This document shows, one piece after another, positions 25,501 through 37,000 of a DNA stretch of 64,000 nucleotides; the first letter of the stretch is position 1, and each line of letters begins with the position of its first letter. Location of the stretch: contig NC_043005.1 of the NCBI RefSeq assembly GCF_006345805.1, positions 78,306,001-78,370,000 on the forward strand, written 5' to 3'. The notes under the pieces are model-generated. The model was not told the DNA's origin. It was given only the letters and a program-made list of their open reading frames with translations, and made no database searches. This DNA is from Octopus sinensis (taxonomy: Eukaryota). Position numbers and translations under genes: made by a program.

Positions 25501-28500
25501 CACAAATACAGCCTTGAAGACACACACACACACACACATTTTGTTCTTTGTCTCAGTCGTGGGAGTGTTCTGGCTATGTTAGAACACTAATCTGAAGAGT
25601 TCCAGTAGAACAAATTGACCCCAGGACTTATATTTTTAAGCTTGGTACTCACGATAGGCTTTCACTTTCTGTTTACCAAATCTGACAAAGCTTTTTCAGC
25701 CAGAGCTGTAGCAGAAGATACTTACCCAAGGTACCATGCAGTAGGATTGAATCCAGAACTACTTAGATAGGAATTTAGATTTCGATATCTTTTTCAGATT
25801 TAACTAAATAAATTTTAACAAATCTTTTATTCATGCCTTGTTTTATTTTTATAATGTTATCTTACCTTTTTTTTTATTGTAGGCTAAAGGCTGTTACGTA
25901 TAAATTTGACCATCATTACCCAAGTCCTGTCCAGGCTGATGTATTAGTTATTTTATACGCTCAGCTTGGAGATTCTTCAATGGCAGAATTTCACAAGCAC
26001 CTCAAAAAGCTGGCTGTCAGCAAAAAAATCAATTATGTATACCGACATTACATTCCAGTGAGTTCTTCTTCTATTTATTGAGGTCAGCTTTACCTCTCAT
26101 TCTTTCAGGGTTGATAAAATAATGTACCAGTCAAGTACTGGGATCAACAGTCCTGTCCAACACCCCTCTCCTTAATTACTGGTCTTGTGTCCAAATTGTC
26201 GTTTTCATCATTTTGTGTCTGTTTTCCCATGCTGGTATGGATTGGACAATTTGACAGGATTTGGTGAACCAGAGGACTTCATCAGGCCCTTGTGACTGCT
26301 CTGGCATGGTTTTCTATACCTGGATGCCATTCCAAATGCCAACACTTTACAGAATTTGCTGGGTGACTTTTATGTGGCACCAGCATCAATGGGGTCACCA
26401 AGTGACTTGCAAGACAGGACCTCTCAGCTGAGGGCAGTTGTGTAGTATGGAGGGAGGTGATTTTATGCATAAACATAGGCTAAACTATAATAGAGGGTCA
26501 AGAACAGGTGTCTTGCTGCAAGGGAGATGTATGGTTATCCTAGTTGGAAGAGGAGGATGGGGATGAGGATGTGCCAGGGTGTACCCTCAAGTTACAGGAA
26601 GGTGAATATAAGACAATTGGTGTGGGTGGGTAAGTTAGTTTGTGAGAGGTGAGTGGCAAGTGGATAGAGGGGAAATGCAGTGAGTTGTGAATGTAGATAC
26701 AGGTATGGTTGATTGTAAACATCAGTTGGAGAGGAAGGTAGAAGAATTAGGTGTTGGTCAGGGAGGTAATAAGTGGCAACAAAGGTGATGTGAAGTGAGT
26801 AATATGTGAGAGAGTGAGTGAGATGCATACAGTGCTTTAAGATTGTAAAGTACAATTTGAGAGCAGTTTAGCTGTTATATCTAGTAGACGGAATGACCCT
26901 GTAAAAGCTTCCTTGAAATCTCTGTTTATTCATTATGTAAATTCCGTAATGACATTTTTTTTGCCCACCTCACAAAATTCAAAATTATTTCCTCTTTAAA
27001 TGATTTCTTTTTCATATTTATTTCTTACAACAGAAACCTTCTAACGAGAAGGTTTATCTGTCAGGCTATGCTGTTGAACTCGCAATAAAAAGCACAGAAT
27101 ACAAAGCAAAAGATGATACGAAAGTTGAAGGTAAGTCAAACGGTTTCCATTATTATCAGCTTTAATAAGGCAATGAGCTGGTAGAATTGTTAACATGCCT
27201 GGTGTAAAATGCTTGGCAGCATTTTGTTTGTCTACTATTTGAGTTTGTAGAGGCACATGGCCTAGTGGTTAGAGCAGCGGACTCGCAGTCGAGGAATCGC
27301 GGGTTCGAATCTCAGACCGAGCGATGTGTGTATTTATGAGTGAAAACACCTAAGCTCCATGCGGCTCCGGCAGAAGGTAATGGCGAACTTCTGCTGTCTC
27401 TTTCGCCACAACTTTCTCTCACTCTTTCTTCCTGCATCTAGCAGCTCACCTGCGATGGACAGGCGTCCCGTCCAGGTGGGGAACCTATACGCCAAGGAAA
27501 CCGGGAAACTGGCCCTTATGAGCCAGGCATGGCTCGAGAAGGAACAAACAAAACAAACTGAGTTCAATTTCCACTAAGGTTGAGATTGCCCTGTGTTGAT
27601 AAAACAAATGCTGGTGGAGTATTGGAGTCGATGTAATCAACTCGCCATCTTCCACCACCGAAAAAAGAGAGAAGAATTTCAAGCATTGTACATGTAGTGG
27701 AAAGGATTATCAGCAGCTTTGGTAAGGGGATAAGCTGGCATAATCGTTTATTGGACAAGATGCTCAGTGGCATTTCTTCAAACTCATTTCCTTCTGAGTT
27801 CAGATTTCATCAAAATTGACTTTGCTTTCCATCCCACTGGAGTCAGTAAAACAAGTACCAGTCACGCACTGGGGTCAGTGTCATCAACTTGCCCTCTTCT
27901 CTACCAAAGCTAAAAAGAATTATCATTGCTTTAATAGGGCAGCAAACTGGTAGATTCGTTAATGCATTGGACAGAATCTATAGCAGTATTTCCTCTGATT
28001 CTTTATTTTCTGAATTCCAGTTGCACTGGGTTCAACTTTGCCTTTCATCCCTCTGGGGTCAATAAAATAATATTAGACAAGTACAGAGGTCATGTAACCA
28101 ACTTGCCCCTTCCTCATAATTGTTGGCCTTGTGCCAAAATTAGAAAGATTTATCTGTTTTTAGAGCATTAAACCCTTTGGGAGGTCCAACTTCACATGAA
28201 GGACATGGGGTGATTTTTGAGATTTTTTTTTTTTTAAGGTAAAAATGTCATCAAATATGGTGCTTCTATTGAGTATTTCTGGACCCTTAAAACTCTACTT
28301 ATTCTTGAATGTTTTTCCTGCCATCTACTTTTGTAAATCTGTTACCTTGCTTGAGATCCTACTGCAATCTGATTATACGATAATCAAAGTGAGATTATTT
28401 GTGGTTGGGGAACTTTGGCGGGTTGCATAGAATTGAAAATTAATAGTAGAAGCAGAAATTGATATAAAAATAGTAAAAGAAAAGAAAGAATAGAGCAAAC

Positions 28501-28740
28501 AATCATATGTTCAAATCGTTTGTGATCCTGACCTACTTACTTCAGTTTGCCTGATTGACAAGCGGTCGCAGTCATAATTTTACATTTGATTGGTTACCAA
28601 CCCCGTGGTTTCCAACCACATGGTTTCTGGTTCAAGCTCACTGCATGGCACTTAGGATATGTGTCTTCTACTATAGCCCCTGTTTAACCAAAGCTTTATG
28701 TGTGGATTTAGTGGGGACAGAAACTGAAAGAAACCTGTCT

Positions 28741-28779
<39 letters not shown>

Positions 28780-30007
28780 ATCATCATCATTTAACATCTG
28801 TTGTCCATGCTGGCATGGATTGGACAGTTTGACCAGTTTGCATTTAAAAGGGTTCGTGAGCTTCTTTTTTTTTTTTTGCATTTATAAAAGCTTTATATTT
28901 TCTTTATGAAATCTTGTATGTTTCAAGATTCTAGTATTTCTTCATGCATTTTATATAGTTACATATTTTAAATATTCATGTGTTTTAGATGAAAAGGCCA
29001 AAGCATCTGAAGAAAATGCTATTGGGAAGAAGAACTAAAAGGTTTTAACTTCAAAACGCTCTCGTAAGTATTTTACTTCAGGTTTATTTTTTATCAACAA
29101 AGACTTTTGTCCACCCTCATAGCTCAGTTGGTAGAGCATCAGACTACTTGATCGTTACTGCGTTGCCTTACTAGCACATGTGCTGGTGGTACGCGAAACA
29201 TTCGAGCGAGGTCGTCGCCAGTGCTGCTGGACTGGCTCCTGTGCAGGTGGCACATAAAAAGCACCATTTGGGCATGGCTGTTGCCAGTACCACCAAACTG
29301 GCCCTCGTGCCGGTGACACGTAAAAGCACCCACTACACTCTTGGAGTGGTTGGTGTTAGGAAGGGCATCCAGCTGTAGAAACTGCCAGATCAGATTGGAG
29401 TCTGGTTCGCCAGACCTCAGTCAAATCGTCTAACCCATGCTAGCATGGAAAGCGGACGTTAAATGATGATGATGAAAGAAAAGAATGTTTATTATTATAT
29501 ATTGGTCAATTATTCCTGCAATCGTTTGTTTGGCATATTCTTTAATATCTCCATAACATAACTTAACCCAATTGTTATATTTTCACTGAAATTCACTGAT
29601 TTTATTTCAGTTAGTTTTGAAAATAACAAAGAATTTAATAAAATTTAGTAGAATTTATAAATTTTGATGCAAGGTAGAATTTAGATCTTTAAATCAGGGT
29701 GTCTTTATCGTAGAACCAGGGGCAGTCTCGAGAGGTTTGGCATCAGACGGGATAGTATGGTGTGTCCACTTTCTTTTATTCTTTCATTTGTTTCAGTCAT
29801 TTGACTGCGACCATGCTGGAGCACCGCCTTTAGTTTGGCAAATTGACCCCATGACTTATTCTTTGTAAACCTAGTATTTATTCTATCAGTCTCTCTTGCC
29901 GAACCGCTAAGTGACGGGGATGTAAACACACCAGCATCAGTCATCAAGCGATGTTGGGGGAACAAACATAGACACACGAACTTACACACACTCACACGCA
30001 TGCACGT

Positions 30008-30041
<34 letters not shown>

Positions 30042-33000
30042 TATGGGCTTCCTTTAGTTTCCGTCCACCAAATCCACTCACAAGGCTTTGGTCGGCCCGA
30101 GGCTATAGTAGAAGACACTTGCCCATGGTGCCATGCAATGGGATTGAACCTGGAACCATGTTGTTGGTAAGCAAGCTACTTACCACACAGCCAATCCTAC
30201 GCCTATTTGTATTTAGCATTTAGTCTTTGGCTCATCATGGAATTGTATCATTGTTGTGTGTATCTAATGGTTGTCAGTATAATGGAGCTTTGCTTTATTT
30301 CTCATAGTATAGATTTGGTATTGTTTGTTAATAATACATTTGTTAATTTTCCATTTGTTTGTATTGTAAAATTGATATAAAAGGCTGGGGAAAATTAGCT
30401 TATTTTGAATAAAAGATGTCAAGTTGAGCAAATACTAACTGGGGAACATTGGGAATCTTGCTGGATTTGGTAGACAGAAACTGAAAGAAGTTCCTCGTCT
30501 GTGTGAGATTCATAGAAGCATTAACTGTGAGGCTGAACTCGTGAAAAGACTTGGACTCATTGGACAGGGGTGTTTGGGGCTGCCAGTATCTGTGCAGGAG
30601 GACAAAGGTCTTTAGGTCTTTGATCCTCCCTTCCTGCTCTAGAGTTGTGAGACTTGGACAGTCCGGAGACCTTAGGGGGTCACCCGAACTCCTTTGGTAC
30701 CAGGATGCTTCACAAGATTATGGGTTATTATTAGTCAGATTTCGCATCCAACTGGCAACTCTACTCAGCAGCTAGGATGCCTCCTATCACTTATATGATT
30801 CAGAAGGACCAACTCAGACTGGTTGGCCATGTTTCTTGATTTTCTGTGTGAGTCCCTACTTACCATGATCTCTTCACTGAGGATCTGGCTGGGTTGACAA
30901 CTTGTGTTAGTCCATCACATGGTCTTGGCAGATGAGGAAGTATTTCATGAAGATGGGGACTGACTGGAACCCTGCTTGACAGATGAGACACCTAAGTGGA
31001 TCCAGGAATATACCAACAAACGGTGAATGCAGCAACATGCTCCAGTGGTGCATGTCCCTATGCATGACCTGACTGTCATATAAATGATGCTATTCATTTC
31101 TAGTCTCCCATGAAAGACATGTTTGGCCACGGGGAAATATTAACTTTGCTTGGAAACAGGTGAAGGTTGGTGACAGGAAGGGCACCCAGCTGTAGAAAAA
31201 CCTGCCCCAATAACAAATTCTGTCTGACCCATGCAAGCATGGAAATGTTGATACTCTTTTACTTGCTTCAGTCATTTGACTATGGCCATGCTGGAGCACC
31301 ACCTTTAGTCGAGCAAATCAACCCCAGGACTTATTCTTTGTAAGCCCAGTACTTATTCTATCTGTCTCTTTTGTCGAACCACTAAGTTACAGGAACGTAA
31401 ACACACCAGCATCATTGTCAAGTGATCTTGGGGTGGGGGGTACAAACACAGACACACATACATATATATACAACAGGCTTCTTTCAGTGTCCGTCTACCA
31501 AATCCACTCACAAGGCTTTTGTTGGCCCGAGGCTATAGTAGAAGACACTTGCCCAAGGTGCCATGCAGTGGGACTGAACCTGGAGCCATGTGGTTGGTAA
31601 GCAAGCTGTCTACTTTTATTTCATATAGCTTTAGTGGTGACAGGATTGCTGGTGAATGAAGCTCCATGTATTTTAAAGAATCCTCTGATGATAATAAGTT
31701 GAATCAATATAGATTTCCTTCTCTGGTATTTTGATTTATTTCAGACAGCTCTATCCTGATTTAATACCTCAGCTAAGGGAATTTCATGACTACCTCTTAG
31801 ATACAGCCACAGAACTCACACCTATGAAAGTCTGGCAGTTGCAAGGTTTGTTTCTCTTATACTTTTGCATGTTTAACTGATGAAATTTCACATTTTAATT
31901 TCATACAGCTGTTTTGTGCATTATTAACCCTTTAGTGTTCGCATTATTCTGCCAAAATTAATCCTTTTTTATCCACATTGCCTTGAACTAATCAGGCATT
32001 ATCTTGGTGCTATGAGATTTTGATGAGGTAGCTGTTAATTTTTAAAACGACATTGTAGGGTTGGTGTGAGAGACCAGATCTGGCCAGTTTGAACATAAAA
32101 CAGGCAGAATACTTTTGGCCGGATATGGCCGGTTTAAATGCTAAAGGGTTAAATATGTTTATTGTTTGAAACGAAATTTTAAAATAAAATTCTCTATCAA
32201 TTAATTTAGATTGTGTTCCAAATATGGCATAGTTTTAGGTTAATTTTAAATATATTATATATCTATACAATGCTATTATGATCCCTATTTTATTGATGTT
32301 TGTGTAATGAAGACCTTGTTTGTAGTAAAAATAAATAGGCGCAGGAGTGGCTGTGTGGTAAGTGGCTTGCTTACCAGCCACATAGTTCTGAGTTCAGTCC
32401 CACTGCGTGGCACCTTGGGCAAGTGTCTTCTACTGTAGCCTCGGGCCGACCAAGGCCTTGTGAGTGGATTTGGTGGAATAAATCACCATTACATTTGATA
32501 GAGCAGTCTGAATGCTAAAGGGTTAACTTGGAATTTTTAATGAATGGTTTTAATTTAGATCATTTTAAATTAACTTTGTATCATGGCACCGGTGTCAGTT
32601 TAGGATGGGTTGGTATCAAAGGGGTTTATGAGAAATAATCAGGCAATTCACTGTTCCTCTTGATTCCTTCATTCCAGACCTTAGTTTACAAGCTGCTCAA
32701 AAAGCCATATTAACGCCACCCAAAGATGCTCTGAGTGTCCTGCAGACCATCAGTCAAAATTTCCCAGTTCAAGCAAGGTTTGTCATTTTGTTTTTTGGTT
32801 GCATGTTTAAACTTTTTTTTTCTTTCTGTAAATTTTAAACTGTAGTATAAAATATGAATTGCAATATAAAATATATAAATATAATAAACGATGGTATAAC
32901 GCTCATATAATAGACATTACTATTTTTATCTCTCAAATTCCACTTCAGTTACTCTCATTCACCTTTGTGGAATGCATGGCTGCCACATATCTCCTCAACC

Positions 33001-34014
33001 ACAACCAACTGCTTTTGGTTCCTCTGTCATAGTTTAACTTCTTAGCATTTAGCATAAAGCCACTTTCCTCTCAACTATGCTTTCACTCTGTTGAGCATAA
33101 TTGTTGCCAGTGCCGCCTGACTGGCTCCCATGTCGGTGGCACATAAAAATGCCTCATTCAAGCGTGGTCGATGCCAGTATCACCTGACTGGCCCTTGTGT
33201 CGGTGATACGTAAAAAGCACCCACTACACTCTCAGAGTGGTTGGCATTAGGAAGGGCATCCAGCTGTAGAAACCTTGCCAGACCAGACTGGAACTTAGTA
33301 CAGCCTCCTGGCTTACCACTCCTCAGTCAAACCGTCCAACCCATGCCAGCATGGAAAGCGAATATTAAACAATGATGATGATGTTGATGAAGGGATCTTT
33401 AGTCATGTGAGTTACATGGTATCTTCACTAGTCTTGATGTCACAATAAAAGCACTCTTTACACTCTGCGTGTATTGAGTAGTTGGCGTTAGGAAGACATC
33501 CAGCTGTAGAACCCATACCAAAACAGACGTTGGAGATTGACACAGTCCTTCAACTCATCAAATCCTGCCAGCATGGAACATGGACTGCGACCCTTTAGCA
33601 TTCAGGTTACTCTGTTAAATGTAATGCTTATTTATTCACATTGTTTTGTATTAATCATTTATTTTCTTTTACTTTTGAGATTTTGATGTGATTTTATCTT
33701 AAGAATAACATTGTATGCATTTTGTATGTGTATGTGTGTATATATTGGCACATAAAAAGCACCTATTACCCTCTTGGAGTGGTTGGCGTAGGAAGGGCAT
33801 CCAGCAGTAGAAACATTGCCAGATCGGATAGGAGCCTGGTGTAGCCTCCTGGCTTGCCAGTCCTCAGTCAAACTGTCTAGTCCATGCTAGCATGGAAAGC
33901 AGATGTTAAATGATGATTGTAGGGTAGGTGTGAGGGGCCAGATCTGGCCAGTTTAAATATAAAAAAGGTAGAATATTTGGGCCAGATACAGCCACTTTAC
34001 ATGCTAAAGGGTTG

Positions 34015-34045
<31 letters not shown>

Positions 34046-37000
34046 GTTTAATGTCCGCTTTCCATGCTAGCATGGGTTGGGCCATTTGACTGAGGGCTGG
34101 CGAACCAGATGGTTGCACCAGGCTCCAATCTGATCTGGCAGAGTTTCTACAGCTGGATGCCCTTCCTAACGCCAACCACTCCAAGAGTGTAGTGGGTGCT
34201 TTTACGTGTCACCAGCACGGGGGCCAGTCAGGCGGTAATAAACTAGCTTGACCCATGAAGATTCCACCTTTTATAAATTTTTTTTTTTTTTCAAATCTGA
34301 TACATAGGTTTTATAGATGTTTGTAACATTGTTTTGTTACCTTAACGATTATGATTACGATTTATGTCTTCCATTCCCTAATCATGATAGCTTAAACACT
34401 ACCATATGAACTTGCTGCTTCACTGCGTTTCGTTGTTAAGGTTGTTTAAAGCATAACACCCAACAATGTTGCAGCAAGCAGCAGAATAATTTTATAGATA
34501 CATCTATCCTTATTTGTGGAGACACATGATTTAGTGGTTCGGGTATTGGGGTCGTGATCATATGTTTGTGGTTTTAGTTCCTAACCCTCTATTCTAATTT
34601 ATCACTGATTCATTTGTCAGTGATCTAGGATAACATGATATGCTGCTAATTGTTATGCTTATCACTAATTAATCTCTGACAATTAGGGTTGATGATCAAA
34701 GATTCTACCTAGATAGCAAAGTTGGAGTTCTTAAAACTTTTCCCATTTTCACTGAATCATTTCACATCTTTTTTTTTTTTTGTTTTCGAACCAAACACCT
34801 GTGATGAATGTAAATGGAAGTATTTTATTATTTGTTTTTTTTTTTTTTCTAATAAGTAATAATTATTTTTAAACAAACTTTTCTTTCAGATCTCTTGTTA
34901 GGACATCAGTGTCAAGCGATTTACGCAAGGAAATTTTGAAAAACCAAAAGGTAAATTTCAGAGAAGCCAGTTGCTGGTTTATATTTTTGTGACTCTGAAT
35001 CATTACAATGTTTGTTTCAATTAGGAACAGTATATTAACTGACTCTTGTTGATTACCTATCATTTAGTATTTCTAAGCACACAAAAGCATTTTTCTTTCC
35101 TTTTACTTCTATAGTTAAATGATTTTTTTTAACAAAAATTCATTTATAAACTTGACCGGCATTTAGGTGAAGTAAAAATTTATATTGTGACATCTTACGA
35201 ATGTATGTATAAGCTGTTGGTTATTTTAACTTTAGTGATTATTTCTAGCAGATTCTATGTTTTTACTGTAATTTCTTCATTCCACAGCATTTTGAAAATT
35301 ACCACAATTTGTCCCCTGGTGAATGTGCCTTGTTTTTGAATGGAATTTCCATTGATGTTGAGGTCTATGATATTTACACCATCTTGGACTTAATGCGTTC
35401 AGAAGCTGCTGTTATGGAAGGACTCTTCTCTCTTGGAGTCAGGGTATGCATTTAATTTGTTATTTATTAGGGTATTGTTTGCCTCAGTTGTTTTTTTTTT
35501 TTTTTCAATAACCCTTTAGCATTTAAACTGACCATATCTGGTTCCAAATATTCTACTTAGTTTATGTTCAAACTGGCCAGATCTGGCTTTTCTACCCTAT
35601 AAAGTCATACAATAAATAAAAAAATTGCGTTTGCAAAATCTCAAAGCTGTGAAATTACGTTTGATTAATTCAAAACAAATATAAACAAACAACCATAACC
35701 TTTGACTGGGTAACCTGAACAATAAAAGGTTAAACCACTCACACGAGGAGAAAAAGCGTTTTTGTTATGGCACTTTATTTCTTTGTGTGAAGGCACATGG
35801 CTTAGTGGTTACTCTTTTACTTGTTTCAGTCATTTGACTGCGGCCATGCTGGAGCACCGCCTTTAGTCGAGCAAATCGACTCCAGGACTTATTCTTTGTA
35901 AGCCTAGTACTTATTCTATCGGTCTCTTTTCACCGAACCGCTAAGTTACGGGGACCTAAACACACCAGCATTGGTTGTCAAGCGATGTTGGGGGGACAAA
36001 CACAGACACACAAACATATATACATACGACGGGCTTCTTTCAATTTCCATCTACCAAATCCACTCACAAGGCTTTGGTCGGCCCGAGGCTATAGTAGAAG
36101 ACACTTGCCCGAGGTGCCACACAGTGGGACTGAACCTGGAACCATGTGGTTGGTAAGCAAGGTACTTACCACACAGCCGCTCCTGCTGTGGATTAGAGTA
36201 TTCAGCTTATGATCCTAAGTTCATAAGTTCAATTCCTAGTGGTGTGCTGTGCCTTTAAACGAAATGCTTTATTTCATGTTGTTTCAGTTCCATTCAGTTG
36301 GCCAAAATGAGTTGTACCTGTAATTCAAAGGGGCCAGCTTTGTCACATTCTGTGTCTGACTGAATGTCTCTGAGAACTACACTAAGGGTACACATGTCTG
36401 TGGAAAGCTCAGCCACCTGCAGGTTGAAATTCACAAGCAAGCTTTTCCATTGCTTGGATAGCTGGGATCCTTATTGTTGCAACCAACGGAGTGGCAATTA
36501 TTTTTTTGTGGCTTCTGAGACTGATTTAAAGCTGGGAGGAAGTTATCTTTGATGGAAGTAAGTATTGGGGTTGATGACAAGCATTTGTGCCTTTAAATGA
36601 TGGGTGCTCCATTATGGCCATTATAATTACTTGAAGATGGTGATTGGACAGCAAAATTGACAGAACATCAAACAAAATGCCTTCTAATATTTAGTTAGGT
36701 GCTTTTATGTACTGTGTTCAAATTCTGGCCAGGTCCACTTTGCCTTTTGTCCCTCTGAGGTCAAGAAAATAAAATATCTAGACAAAACAGCACCTCTGGC
36801 CCATGCCGAAGGCACGTAAAAAGCACCCACTACACTCTTGGAGTGGTTGGCATTACGAAGGGCATCCGGCTGTAGAAACACTGCCAGATCAGATTAGGGC
36901 CTGGTGCAGCCTCCTGTGTTCCCAGACCCCAGTCGAACCGTCCAACCCATGCCAGCATGGAAAGCAGACGTTAAATGATGATGGTGAAAGTATTGAGAGG

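Noticed and set aside
27250-27325. Intact tRNA genes at SINE heads
   Set aside because: They have A/B boxes but no full cloverleaf and run straight into SINE bodies
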